Source of the DNA: Limisphaerales bacterium
GTDB taxonomy: Bacteria; Verrucomicrobiota; Verrucomicrobiia; Limisphaerales; Palsa-1400
Assembly: GCA_052139695.1 (NCBI GenBank)
Contig: JBKQWF010000307.1
Coordinates: 3,996-67,995 of the forward strand
Direction: 5' to 3'
DNA: 64,000 nt
The position numbers were made by a program, and so were the translations under genes. The notes under the pieces were generated by a model. The model did no database searches. It was given only the letters and a program-made list of their open reading frames with translations, and was not told the origin of the DNA. Below are positions 8,773 through 18,418 of this stretch, one piece after another (within the stretch, counting starts at the first letter, position 1; each line of letters begins with the position of its first letter).

Positions 8773-9578
8773 GAGGCGGGCCGGGTGCCGCCATTGCCAT
8801 GGGCATGGCGTTTGGCCAGGGCATCCACGGTTCGTTGCAGAATCTCCGCGGGCGTGCCGTCGGCAGAAATGGTCAAGAGCAGGCCGCGCTTGCCGTAAAA
8901 GTCCGTCAAAGGGGTCGTGCTGCGGCGATAGGCTTCCATGCGCACGCGGATCGCCTGGGGGCGGTCGTCCTCGCGTTGTACAAGCTTGCCGCCACATTGA
9001 GGGCAAACCTCCGGCACCGATGCGGTGACATGAGAAATCATATTACAATTGGCGCAAACCCGCCGGCCGGCCAATCGTTCGACGATTTGCTCAAGGGGCA
9101 AATCGTAATCGAGGACAGCGGTGAGAGGCAGATTTTCCTTGATAAGCAGTTGTTCCAGCGCTTCCGCTTGGGCAACAGTGCGGGGAAATCCGTCGAGCAA
9201 AAAGCCGCCGCCGCAACGCAGGCAACCCACCCGTTCGCAGACCACGTCCAGAACGGTCTGATCCGGGACCAATTCGCCTCGCACCATGTAAGCCAGCGCT
9301 TTTTCCATGGCCGGGGACCGTTCGGCTTGTGGCAAATTCTTAGCGCCGCGGAAAATATCTCCCGTGGAAAGGTGGCAAGCGCCGCACCATTGGTGCAGAA
9401 GGTCTGCTTGTGTTCCTTTGCCCACGCCGGGCGCTCCCAGCAAAATAAGCCGCTGGGGATTTTTGCTTTGTTCCGGAATGGTTGAGCAGACGGCTTTGGC
9501 GCCGCGGATCCATGCCGCGCGATTGCTGGGACGGTTGGCAGGGGCGGCGATGGTGGATTGGCTAGTTTTGGATTTCAT
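8769..9578 (-). CDS. adk: Adenylate kinase with zinc-finger lid and ~40-aa N-terminal extension
   Basis: The track ORF runs to 9686; I start it at the internal ATG (complement of 9576-9578, MKSKTSQ). P-loop LILLGAPGVGKGTQ; lid CANCNMISHV...CPQCGGKLVQREDD (C-x2-C ... C-x2-C). Confidence 0.85.
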   Translation of the reverse strand: MKSKTSQSTIAAPANRPSNRAAWIRGAKAVCSTIPEQSKNPQRLILLGAPGVGKGTQADLLHQWCGACHLSTGDIFRGAKNLPQAERSPAMEKALAYMVRGELVPDQTVLDVVCERVGCLRCGGGFLLDGFPRTVAQAEALEQLLIKENLPLTAVLDYDLPLEQIVERLAGRRVCANCNMISHVTASVPEVCPQCGGKLVQREDDRPQAIRVRMEAYRRSTTPLTDFYGKRGLLLTISADGTPAEILQRTVDALAKRHAHGNGGTRPAS

Positions 9579-9820
9579 AAAATGGATTGCGCGGCCCCCA
9601 CAAGGGGGCCAGTGACCGAAATGCAACGCTGCCCTTCCCAATACTCGGAGGCACTCTTGCTCAGTTCCGCATCTTTCACAGCCCAACGGTAACTTCTTTA
9701 GTCACTAGGCTCAAGGAAAGATCTTAAACCGATTTTGTGGTTTTTAAGTAGAGAATTGCGGTGGAATTTGGCCTAAATCCTGACCCGCGCCATCTGTTTC
9801 TCATGGGAACAGCAGCCCAT

Positions 9821-10600
9821 TCACCAAAGAAGCCGGATGACGCCCACCAGGGTGAGGATCAGCACCATTCTCTCGAAGACCCGTTGGTTGATATGTTTCA
9901 AAATGCGCGGACCGAGCAAAGCTCCAGGAATCATGGGCACGAGCAGCATCGCGTCCATGAGCAACGAGGGGGGCGTGATCAAGCCCAACTTGACGCTGAA
10001 CGGCACTTTGAAAGCGTTGACACAGAGGAAAAACCAGGCGCTGGTGCCGATGAAGACGAGTTTGGGCAAGCCGATGGCCAAGAGGTAAAGCACCATTACC
10101 GGACCGGCGGCATTGGCCACCATCGTCGTGAACCCGGCCAGCACTCCCATCAAGGCGGCAAACCACAGTGAATGCGGAAGACGCGAGGCCAGGTCGCCCC
10201 CTTGGCGTTCGCGCCACCATTGCAGCGCTACCATGACCAGCAAGGTGACCCCGATCATCCGCTGAATTTGCCCATTGTTGACCCGACCGAGAGCAAAATA
10301 CCCGGCGACCACCCCTATGGTTACCCAGGGAAACAGACGCCAGAGGTGCGGCCAACTGGCATGCTTGCGGTAAAACGCCACGCCAAAAACATCCCCACAG
10401 ACCAGCAACGGCAGAAGCGCGCCGGTGGACTCACGCGCCGGCAACGCGAGGGCGAAGAGCGCCACCGGCAGAATGCCCAACCCCGCGATGCCGGTCTTCG
10501 ATAACCCGGAACAAAAGGCCGCTACCGCCAGCCAGGTCCATTGCCAAGTCGATAAATGCACGCCGCAAACCTTCTCACAAACCGCCCGCGCAGAGAACAA
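9821..10600 (-). CDS. TauE/SafE family sulfite-exporter-like membrane protein
   Basis: 259 aa with a TTG start. About 7-8 TM helices. Blocks LSKTGIAGLGILPVALFAL and VANAAGPVMVLYLL are typical of TauE/SafE. Confidence 0.8.
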   Translation of the reverse strand: MFSARAVCEKVCGVHLSTWQWTWLAVAAFCSGLSKTGIAGLGILPVALFALALPARESTGALLPLLVCGDVFGVAFYRKHASWPHLWRLFPWVTIGVVAGYFALGRVNNGQIQRMIGVTLLVMVALQWWRERQGGDLASRLPHSLWFAALMGVLAGFTTMVANAAGPVMVLYLLAIGLPKLVFIGTSAWFFLCVNAFKVPFSVKLGLITPPSLLMDAMLLVPMIPGALLGPRILKHINQRVFERMVLILTLVGVIRLLW

Positions 10601-10630
10601 ATCATTTTGGGCGGCCGTAAGGGTCGTAAA

Positions 10631-10684
10631 GGTAGGGTCGCCTCGCCGAGGCGACCGCGGACGGCTCGGCGATCCGTCCCTGCC
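10631..10684. repeat. REP-like composite palindromic element, family A, copy 1
   Basis: Sequence: ggtagggtcgcctcgccgaggcgaccgcggacggctcggcgatccgtccctgcc. It has a 9-bp stem ggtcgcctc/gaggcgacc (3-nt loop), a 6-bp stem ggacgg/ccgtcc, and near-complementary ends ggtaggg/ccctgcc. Inverted-orientation relatives are at 20997-21066 and 39522-39570. Confidence 0.8.
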
Positions 10685-10779
10685 ATCCAGGTCTGGCGCT
10701 TTGTCGTCGCCCTGTAAGTTTATTTGACTGCTGAGTTAAACAGTTGCGCCGCGGACGGCACATTTGGTAGGTTGCGGGT

Positions 10780-13700
10780 GTGAATCCCAGATTCTGGCTC
10801 AACTTTTTCCCAGCGTTCTCTCTGCTTTGTCCCCTCTTTGGCGAGACGGTCCCGACTCCCTTTGACGCGGCGCCTTTCGGCCTGGCTTTGGCAGAAGGGC
10901 AGGGGATCGTTTGGGAGGACCCGCGCGAAATCCACTCCGTCATCGTGGATTTTGCCGATCCTATTCCCGCGGGACTTCGCTTGCGGTTGGAATATTGGGG
11001 CAGTCACTGGCCACAGCAACATCTTCCCAAGGACCGCGAGCCTGGAGGCGGCGATGTCGGCTGGCTGGAGTTGGGCAACTGGTACAATGGCGGTTGGCGC
11101 GCAGCCGATGCCGAACAATCCGTTTCGAACAATTCCGTTCGTTTTATTTTCCGGCCTATCAATGCCCATGAATTCCCCGAACTCAAAGACTACCCGTCCA
11201 CCGGAAGATTCACCCTTAAAATCCGCATCACGAGCGATCAACCGCTGCCGAAGATCAGCCGCATCCATGCCCTGACCGATTCCACCTTGGCGGATCGCCC
11301 GGTTCGCGTGATGTGGGCGCGTCCGCCTTCGCCCGATCTCATCGCCGTGGCTTACAACGGGGAAATCGCTTCGACCACGTCGGAGAACCGCGCTACGGCC
11401 TTGCTCGTTCGAACAGTCAAAAATAGCGACCCCAATTCTTTTGACCGCACGCTCGTCACCCTCAAAAATGGTCCCGTCTCGTTCACCTTCAAAGTGGATG
11501 ATTTGGACAATGGCGCGCTTTATTTGCCGGAATATGGGGCGGCCATCGTTCCTGCCTATGATCAGCGCGATTACGCGACCGTCGCCGCGGCCGTCGAGCA
11601 CGCCGCGCAAAAGACTTTGTACGATCGAGTGGCAGCTTTGCCGGAACAAACCTGGGCTACCGCCTGGAACGGAATGCCGCCAAAAAAATCGCGCATTTGC
11701 TTCATCCTGGGCGTTGATGGGGGACGCCAAAAGTTCCGGCTCGACGCCAATGGCGAACTGTTTATTCGCTGGAACGATCAATTCATGAAGTCGCTTCCGG
11801 CCAAGGACACGCCCCGGCTCGATTTGGAAAAGCAGCCGGTTCATTTCCGTTTTGGTCTGCCGGAACAACCCGTGGAACGCCATCTCGAGGAGGAGTCGAT
11901 TCCCACGTGCATCACGACTTGGGAGCGCGATGGGGTCCGCATCGTGCAAACGGCCTTTGCCACCGTGCTGGACGGCATAAAGGTCGATGCGCCGCCGCCC
12001 GACGATTGCGCCGTGGCCATGCTGAGGTTTGATTTCACGAATACGACGGACACCGCCCGGACGGCCAGCTTGCCCACCACTGTCCGTGGCGGAGAAAACT
12101 ACAACCTTCGAGTTGACAGTCGCGGGCTTATCTGGAATGGGAGTCAATTGCGCGGCCAATTCGTCTCCGAATCCACCCCCGCGGCCTCGACCAATCAGCT
12201 TTCCTGGAGTGCCTCACTGCCGCCTCACGGGACAAATACGGTTTGGGTCAAGATGCCATTTCTTCCCCTGATCGAACCCGCCGAAGCGGCCGCCCTGGCT
12301 GCCTTGGACTTTGGTAAGGAGCGAGCCGCCACCGCCCATTACTGGCGCGGAGTTCTGAATCGGAGCGCGCGCCTGGTCACTCCGGAGCCTGTCTTGAACG
12401 ACTTCTATAGCGCCGTCCCGGGGCATCTGCTGATCAATTCTGAACTCGAACCGGGCAGCCACCGTCGTTTCGCCCGTGTCGGCTCGCTCAACTATGGCTG
12501 TTACGGCAATGAATCCTGCATGATGGTGCTGGACCTCGACCGGCGCGGGTATCACCAGGAAGCCGGGGAGTGCCTGGATGCCTGGCTTCACTACCAAGGC
12601 ACGGTGGGATTGCCGGGTGATTTTGATTCGAAGGAAGGGACTCTCTACGGAACGGCCGGCTACGAATCCGGCGGCTATAACCAGCATCACGGCTGGATTC
12701 TCTGGACTTTGGCCGAGCATTACCGATTTACCCGCGATGAGGCGTGGTTGAACCGAGCTGCCCCGAACATTGTGTCCGCGGCCAATTGGATTATCCGGGA
12801 GACCGAACGCACCGCCGGCCAGGCGGGGTTGGGGCAGGGGCTCCTCCCGCCGGGGGATTTGGAGGACATTGGCGATTGGTGGACCTGGCTTTCCACCAGT
12901 TGTTATACTTGGCGTGGGCTGGATGGCGCGGCCTGGACTCTGGAACAAATTCACCACCCTGACGCGCCCCGCGTCCGCGCCGCCGCGGAGCGTTACCATA
13001 AAACGCTGTTAGACCATTTTCTTGCGGCTTCCGCTCGTTCACCGGTAGTGCGTCTGCGCGACGGCACGGCGGTTCCGCAAATCCCCTCTTACGCCCAACG
13101 CCGTGGGCGGAGCTTCGGATGGATTTGCGAGACGCTGGAAGGGGCCATCCATTTGATCATCACCAAAGCCATCGATCCCCACTCCATTCAGGCGCAATGG
13201 ATTCTCAAGGACTACGAAGACAATCTGTTTCTCTCCAACCAATACGGTTACACTCTGGATGATTTCGACCGTTACTGGTTTGGGCGGGGCGGCATGTCGA
13301 TGCAGGCTTGCCTGCTCTTCGATGTCGAAGCCTATCTTTACCGCGACGATGTCAAACAGGCGTTGCGCGCCATGTTCAACGCCATCGCGCTCAACCATTT
13401 CCCGGATGTCCACATGAACACCGAGCACGCTTTGCCGGAAATGGGCGATTGGCGCGGCGACCATTACAAAACCTCCGATGAAGCCAATGCTTGCGGCTGG
13501 CTTCGGTTTCTCTTCGTGCGCGAAGAGGGCGATGCTCTTTTGCTGGGCCAAGCCATCCCGCGCGATTGGTTGAAGCCCGGTCAAAAATGCGGCATCGAGA
13601 ATACTGCGACTTATTTCGGAAAAATGTCGGTGTTGTTCGAAGGCGCTTCCGGCGCCATCACCGCGGAATTGAACGGTCCCACGCGCAACCCGCCCCGGGA

Positions 13701-13842
13701 AATTCGCCTTCGCTTTCGATCACCTGACGAAAAGGCACCATCCAAAATCACAGTCAACGGCGAAGCCTGGAGCAAGTTCGACGGCGATTGGGTCATCCTG
13801 CCCGGCAGCATCGGCAAAGCTTCCGTAGTCGCCATCTACTGA
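10780..13842 (+). CDS. Large secreted protein, function unknown; C-terminal half looks (alpha/alpha)6 glycoside-hydrolase-like
   Basis: 1020 aa with a GTG start. Hydrophobic signal-like N-terminus FWLNFFPAFSLLCPLFG. The block GYESGGYNQHHGWILWTLAEHYRFTRDEAWL resembles six-hairpin glycosidases. The family assignment is weak. Confidence 0.75.
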   Translation: MNPRFWLNFFPAFSLLCPLFGETVPTPFDAAPFGLALAEGQGIVWEDPREIHSVIVDFADPIPAGLRLRLEYWGSHWPQQHLPKDREPGGGDVGWLELGNWYNGGWRAADAEQSVSNNSVRFIFRPINAHEFPELKDYPSTGRFTLKIRITSDQPLPKISRIHALTDSTLADRPVRVMWARPPSPDLIAVAYNGEIASTTSENRATALLVRTVKNSDPNSFDRTLVTLKNGPVSFTFKVDDLDNGALYLPEYGAAIVPAYDQRDYATVAAAVEHAAQKTLYDRVAALPEQTWATAWNGMPPKKSRICFILGVDGGRQKFRLDANGELFIRWNDQFMKSLPAKDTPRLDLEKQPVHFRFGLPEQPVERHLEEESIPTCITTWERDGVRIVQTAFATVLDGIKVDAPPPDDCAVAMLRFDFTNTTDTARTASLPTTVRGGENYNLRVDSRGLIWNGSQLRGQFVSESTPAASTNQLSWSASLPPHGTNTVWVKMPFLPLIEPAEAAALAALDFGKERAATAHYWRGVLNRSARLVTPEPVLNDFYSAVPGHLLINSELEPGSHRRFARVGSLNYGCYGNESCMMVLDLDRRGYHQEAGECLDAWLHYQGTVGLPGDFDSKEGTLYGTAGYESGGYNQHHGWILWTLAEHYRFTRDEAWLNRAAPNIVSAANWIIRETERTAGQAGLGQGLLPPGDLEDIGDWWTWLSTSCYTWRGLDGAAWTLEQIHHPDAPRVRAAAERYHKTLLDHFLAASARSPVVRLRDGTAVPQIPSYAQRRGRSFGWICETLEGAIHLIITKAIDPHSIQAQWILKDYEDNLFLSNQYGYTLDDFDRYWFGRGGMSMQACLLFDVEAYLYRDDVKQALRAMFNAIALNHFPDVHMNTEHALPEMGDWRGDHYKTSDEANACGWLRFLFVREEGDALLLGQAIPRDWLKPGQKCGIENTATYFGKMSVLFEGASGAITAELNGPTRNPPREIRLRFRSPDEKAPSKITVNGEAWSKFDGDWVILPGSIGKASVVAIY

Positions 13843-13867
13843 CTCTTCGTGATTTGAGGAGTGGCTG

Positions 13868-13889
13868 GGCGCGCATTCCGCTGCGCGCC
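13868..13889 (+). terminator. GC hairpin downstream of the 1020-aa gene (possible terminator)
   Basis: 8-bp stem ggcgcgca / tgcgcgcc with a 6-nt loop, 26 nt after the stop. A T-run (tgttttttcg) follows only ~20 nt later, so this is not a textbook intrinsic terminator. Confidence 0.35.
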
Positions 13890-14069
13890 GCAGGAGTTTG
13901 GATGTTTTTTCGCTGAACTCAGGGGCCAATCTCTAAGGATTGTTTAGGGTTCATGCAAAAACACCGCAAGACCGTCAAATCGGCCTGATCCACATAAACC
14001 CCCATTTATCTCGTCCACCCCTCCTTGGGCGGGGACTTGACCATCGGAGAGAGGTGCTGGTAAGCTTCG

Positions 14070-14909
14070 GTGATGGAACCACAAGAAGAAGCGTTGCTCT
14101 GCGCCAATGCGTCCGAAGCGATTTACGGGACCGTAGCTGATCCGGTGGGAAAGGCCTCTTCCGAGGCCGCGATGAAAGCCGTGGGCTTTTCGCAATTTGT
14201 TTGGATCGATCTGACAACCGTTTTCAAAGACGTCTGCGCGTTCGTTGCTTCATCCTCCGATTGCCACCTCCTGGCCTTTCGGGGAACAAAAATACCCCAA
14301 GATTGGATGGAAGACCTGGCTTGCACTCCTGTGCGCTTTGACTGGGTATTCAGTGGCGGGCCCGCGATCGGAGAAATCCACGCCGGGTTCGGGCACTGTC
14401 TTTCGGATGGATTAACCGCCATCACCGCTGCTTTATCATCCCGGGACCTCACGAAACCGCTATTGATTACTGGACACTCATTGGGGGGAGCGTTGGCGGC
14501 GCTCGGGGGCGCCTGTTTCACGGTTCTGGGCTCGTCTGTGCCAACCGTTTCCGCCATCTACACTTTTGGTCAGCCTCGAATCGGCTTGCACGATTTTTGC
14601 AACACCTACAGTCGTGTCCTGGGCGATAAGCTGGTCAGGTTCGTGAATAAACAGGATCTCGTTCCCAGGGTGCCGTTCAGGGGTTGGGATTACAGCGATG
14701 AGGGCACCATGATCCACTTTGATTCCTCGGGAACTCCGTTAATCCAAAGCTCAGAGTGGCAAAACTTTTTGGCCAGAAGCCTGCAAAGTTTTGAAGATTT
14801 TGTCGAAATCGTGAGTCACATACGCGTCGATGTGGGCGATCATTCGATGGCCGGTTACCAGGACATGGTCGAAAAAAATCAGGCCCCTCTGGCGGCGCTT
14901 TTGCAGTAG
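14070..14909 (+). CDS. Class 3 lipase family alpha/beta hydrolase
   Basis: 279 aa, starting at GTG 14070 or ATG 14073. Motifs: LLAFRGTKIPQDW, HAGF, nucleophile elbow ITGHSLGGALAALGG. Confidence 0.85.
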   Translation: MMEPQEEALLCANASEAIYGTVADPVGKASSEAAMKAVGFSQFVWIDLTTVFKDVCAFVASSSDCHLLAFRGTKIPQDWMEDLACTPVRFDWVFSGGPAIGEIHAGFGHCLSDGLTAITAALSSRDLTKPLLITGHSLGGALAALGGACFTVLGSSVPTVSAIYTFGQPRIGLHDFCNTYSRVLGDKLVRFVNKQDLVPRVPFRGWDYSDEGTMIHFDSSGTPLIQSSEWQNFLARSLQSFEDFVEIVSHIRVDVGDHSMAGYQDMVEKNQAPLAALLQ

Positions 14910-14946
14910 GGAACGACATCCAGTGTCGGGAACGACATCCAGTGTC
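14909..14946. repeat. Perfect 19-bp tandem duplication (gggaacgacatccagtgtc x2)
   Basis: The copies are at 14909-14927 and 14928-14946. They begin at the last base of the lipase stop codon and lie in the convergent gap before the malQ stop. Each unit contains the small inverted repeat gaca..tgtc. Confidence 0.9.
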
Positions 14947-14965
14947 AGGCTGTCAATTATCAAGA

Positions 14966-16687
14966 TTAGCACCCATTCCTTCCGGCTCCTCTGACGAGGG
15001 CGGAGAAGGCTTTGCTTTGAGCCAGGAGGCGACGATCCTTCTCCAGTTCAGAGACGGTGGCGGGGAAACGTTGCGACCAGTTGGCGCTGCCGGTGAGGCC
15101 GGGCGTGTTGAAACGATAGGAGTGGCCGAAAAGGTCGGAGATCATTACCACCACCAGCCACGAGTTGGAGCGCAGGACGCGACAGAGATAGCCCTCCCGC
15201 AGGCGGTCCGTGAATTCTCGCGGCGGCTTCTCCCCGGCAAGACCCGCGAAGTCCAGGAAACGGCGCAGTTCCCGGCGGCCCTCCGCCGCGTTCCGGCCTT
15301 GGCCGATCTGACGCCACAAATCAGCCCAGGCGGCGGCCAGCGGCGGGTGGTCATGTGTGGCGGGTTGTGCTAGTGAGAGCCGGGGGTAGTTGGCAGGATC
15401 GGTATAAGTGCCATCCCTTCCCCGCAAGAACCTGGGAATGCAAAAACCTGGAATTTTGAGTTTGCGCAAGCTCAGCGGGACGTAGTCCGGAACCGTGCCC
15501 AAATCTTCGGCTACGACAGCGGTGTCGCCGGAAGCTCGCTGGACAAAGCGGAGAATTCCTTCGCCCTGGGCTTGATTGGCGGCTTTGTGTTCGGGCGTGT
15601 CGTCGGGAAACTGCTTGAAACCAGGCAAGCGTCCGCCGGTTTTGGCGGCAACGGCGCTTTTGCTCAACGGTAGGAATTCGGCGTTGCGGTCGGGCGTCCA
15701 TGGAAAGCCGTAGATGCGGAAAAAACCGAGGGCATGGTCGATTCTGTAAAGATGAAAGGTTTTCCGAATGTTGGCGATGCGGGTCCGCCACCAGTCAAAG
15801 CGCCGGCGGCGCAGCTCGTCCCAACGATAGAGCGGAATGCCCCAATTCTGGCCCCATCGGCGCGTGAATTCGTTGGCCTTGAAGGCCTTTTCCGGCGACG
15901 TGCCTCCGCTCCAGTCCAGTTCAAAGAGGGACGGGTTGGTCCAAACATCGGCGCTGTAACGGCTAACCCCGAACGGGATGTCGCCCATGAGGAAGACCCG
16001 GCGGCGGGTGGCATGGCTCTTTACCGACCGCCATTGCGCAAACGCAATCCATTGGATGTAGGCGAAAAAAAGCTGCTGGCGGGTCAGTTCCTCGCGGAGG
16101 CTTTCCGGCAGCGAGAGAAGCCACGTCTGGGCGCGTAGCGGGCCGCGGTGTTCGGCGGGCCATCGGTCCCATTGCGGTTGGTCGCCGTTTTGCTCCATTA
16201 AGACCCGGAAGAGCGCATAGGGGGAAAGCCATTCCGCGTTTTCCGCCATAAAACGGCGAAAGGCCGCCGCGCGCGCCGTGCTTTTGTAAAAATGCGCGCG
16301 CAGGAAACGACTGAAGGCGGCTTGCAAAAGGTGGCGCTTGAGGCGCTTGACTTTTGTATAGTCGATAGGGCCTTGGCGCAACTCTGCCAGCAAAGCGGGC
16401 TGGGCGAGTTTCTGAAACGCTTGCGGCGTGAGGTCCGCCAGGTGCTCGGGCGAGACCGCGATCAGGTTCGAATCAATCGCCTGGGAACTAATGGCGTTGT
16501 AGGGGCTGTGGTCGTCGCTGGTCTCGTTGATCGGCAAGGTTTGAAAAATGCTCAGGCCATGACGATGGCACCAGTCAATCATTTGCCGGACCCCATCCGT
16601 ATCGCCGATGCCGAGGTCGTCTTCGGTGCGAATGGCGAAGACCGGCTCCAGGATACCGGCATAAGACTTTTTCAGGTCCAGCTTCAT
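14966..16687 (-). CDS. malQ: 4-alpha-glucanotransferase (amylomaltase, GH77)
   Basis: The track ORF runs to 16816, but that extension reads through a REP hairpin. The internal ATG (complement of 16685-16687, MKLDLKKSYAGILEPVFAIRTEDDLGIGD) is the typical GH77 start. Other blocks: SPYNAISS, IDHALGF, EDLGTVP. Confidence 0.9.
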   Translation of the reverse strand: MKLDLKKSYAGILEPVFAIRTEDDLGIGDTDGVRQMIDWCHRHGLSIFQTLPINETSDDHSPYNAISSQAIDSNLIAVSPEHLADLTPQAFQKLAQPALLAELRQGPIDYTKVKRLKRHLLQAAFSRFLRAHFYKSTARAAAFRRFMAENAEWLSPYALFRVLMEQNGDQPQWDRWPAEHRGPLRAQTWLLSLPESLREELTRQQLFFAYIQWIAFAQWRSVKSHATRRRVFLMGDIPFGVSRYSADVWTNPSLFELDWSGGTSPEKAFKANEFTRRWGQNWGIPLYRWDELRRRRFDWWRTRIANIRKTFHLYRIDHALGFFRIYGFPWTPDRNAEFLPLSKSAVAAKTGGRLPGFKQFPDDTPEHKAANQAQGEGILRFVQRASGDTAVVAEDLGTVPDYVPLSLRKLKIPGFCIPRFLRGRDGTYTDPANYPRLSLAQPATHDHPPLAAAWADLWRQIGQGRNAAEGRRELRRFLDFAGLAGEKPPREFTDRLREGYLCRVLRSNSWLVVVMISDLFGHSYRFNTPGLTGSANWSQRFPATVSELEKDRRLLAQSKAFSALVRGAGRNGC

Positions 16688-16788
16688 GCGCAGGAATATC
16701 CGTGGCTGTGCCGCTGCCGTCAACTGGGCGGGATTGGGGTAATTCCCCCGCTGTGTAAGCCGGTGCAATGAATGTGTCGGGCAAGTTT

Positions 16789-16818
16789 GATGGGGCGGAG
16801 CTGCCGCTCCGCCCAAAT
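16789..16818. repeat. REP-like hairpin, family B (second-hairpin-only copy)
   Basis: Sequence: gatggggcggagctgccgctccgcccaaat. 9-bp stem gggcggagc/gctccgccc with loop tgcc. It is related to the second hairpins at 18457-18478 and 19572-19593. Confidence 0.75.
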
Positions 16819-17025
16819 TTCTCCCTCTCTATGTATCCACGCATTAATGATCCGACATTACAAAGAGGGTTTTCGGGAAGGGCGAGCGCCGCGAGCCCCC
16901 ATAATAACAGGGCGTCGCGGCGCTCCGCCCTCCCGTCGCGAGGGCATATGACGGGCATCGCGGCAGCGCCGCCCCGCGCCGCCCCACCGATTTTTGTCGC
17001 CGTCCCGGCCGTCCCGGTGGCTCGC

Positions 17026-17054
17026 TTGCTTATCGGGATAAGGCGCTTTATAGT
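17026..17054 (+). promoter_or_regulatory. Candidate sigma-70 promoter with embedded 6-2-6 palindrome upstream of the S41 protease gene
   Basis: TTGCTT (17026-17031), a 17-nt spacer, then TATAGT (17049-17054). The spacer contains the perfect palindrome cttatc-gg-gataag (17029-17042). The start codon is 12-24 nt downstream. Confidence 0.4.
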
Positions 17055-17065
17055 GGTGGCCAGTT

Positions 17066-18400
17066 GTGAAACGCATTATGAATCGCCGTTTTGTGTATGG
17101 CTTTGCCATCGTCGCCTTGGGCGTAAATTTGATTTTTGGCGCCGGGGTTTACGTTTATTCGGCCCACGCTTCCCAGAAGGACGACCCTTACGACAATTAC
17201 AAATTGCTGGCCGATGTCCTGGAAAAAGTCCGGCAGGAATACGTCGATGGCGACAAATTAACGTATCAGGACCTGATTCACGGCGCGCTCAAGGGGATGC
17301 TCAATAGCCTCGATCCCCACAGTGAATACATGGACCCTGAAAAGTTCGAGGAATTGAAAAACGATACGGAGGGGGAATTCGGCGGCTTGGGCATTATCGT
17401 GCAGGTCAACAAAGACAAGATGCTGACCGTGGTGCAGCCGATGGAAGACACTCCGGGCTATCGCGCCGGCATCATGCCGCAGGACCAAATTCTGAAGATC
17501 GGCGACAAAAGCACCGCCCATTACGATTTGGAAGAGGCAGTCAAACTATTGCGGGGTCCGCCCGGCACGCCTGTGACTATTACCGTTCGCCGTCCGTCCA
17601 CCGGAGTGACCAAGGATTACAAGCTGGAACGCGCCATTATCAAGGTGGATACGGTCAAGGACATCAACGACAAGCGGGAGTATCCGTTGGGCGAAAATAG
17701 CATTGGCTACGTGCGCATTCTTCAGTTCGGGGAAAAGACCTCGGATGATTTGGACCAGGCCCTCAAGAAACTGACGGACGAAGGGATGAAGGCGTTGATT
17801 CTCGATCTGCGGGGGAATCCCGGCGGTTTGCTGGAACAGGCGGGGCAGGTTTGCGAAAAGTTTTTGCCAAAAAACCAGTTGATCGTCTCGACCGAGGGCA
17901 GGGGGCCGACGCCGCGGACGGAGTACCGCGCCAACGGCCACGGCAAGCGGATTGATATGCCAATGGTGGTGCTGGTCAACGGCAACAGCGCCAGCGCTTC
18001 GGAGATCGTGGCTGGCTGCCTCCAGGATTTGCAACCCATCACCCATGCGATCGTGGTGGGTGAGCAGACTTTTGGCAAAGGCTCGGTTCAAAGCATCCTG
18101 CCGCTGGCGGATGGGTCCGCGTTACGTTTGACAACTGCGAAATATTACACTCCCAGCCACAAAGTTATCCATGAACACGGCATTACTCCGGACATCGTGG
18201 TCCCGATGTCGCCGGACCAGGACGTGGATTTGGCCTATCGGCACATGCCCGGCGCGGTGGATTTGCTCGACGTTAAGGAACGCGACCGTATCGAGCACGT
18301 GCGTGACCTGCAATTGGAGCGCGCGGAAGACTTGCTCAAAGGAGTCCTGCTCTACTCGCAATCACGACAAACCCCGTCCCGGGTGGCCGCCGCCAAATAG
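17066..18400 (+). CDS. Carboxy-terminal processing peptidase, family S41, with PDZ domain
   Basis: 444 aa, starting at GTG 17066 or ATG 17078. Motifs: LDPHSEYMDPEKF, GEFGGLGI, DLRGNPGGLL, SASASEIVAG, GEQTFGKGSVQ. Confidence 0.9.
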   Translation: MKRIMNRRFVYGFAIVALGVNLIFGAGVYVYSAHASQKDDPYDNYKLLADVLEKVRQEYVDGDKLTYQDLIHGALKGMLNSLDPHSEYMDPEKFEELKNDTEGEFGGLGIIVQVNKDKMLTVVQPMEDTPGYRAGIMPQDQILKIGDKSTAHYDLEEAVKLLRGPPGTPVTITVRRPSTGVTKDYKLERAIIKVDTVKDINDKREYPLGENSIGYVRILQFGEKTSDDLDQALKKLTDEGMKALILDLRGNPGGLLEQAGQVCEKFLPKNQLIVSTEGRGPTPRTEYRANGHGKRIDMPMVVLVNGNSASASEIVAGCLQDLQPITHAIVVGEQTFGKGSVQSILPLADGSALRLTTAKYYTPSHKVIHEHGITPDIVVPMSPDQDVDLAYRHMPGAVDLLDVKERDRIEHVRDLQLERAEDLLKGVLLYSQSRQTPSRVAAAK

Positions 18401-18418
18401 GCATCGAGAACGGAATTA

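Noticed and set aside
10720-12159. 479-aa minus-strand ORF
   Set aside because: It is antisense to the 1020-aa + strand gene, its composition is Arg/Gly/Pro-rich, and it has no recognisable domain. This is typical of a high-GC shadow ORF.
16688-16816. N-terminal extensions of malQ (to 16816), the M20 peptidase (from 19566), adk (to 9686), the KAS gene (to 3902) and DUF2760 (to 30706)
   Set aside because: The extensions translate REP hairpins or homopolymer tracts (for example MGGAAAPPH, PPRGG) and precede the canonical family N-termini. Internal ATGs were chosen instead.
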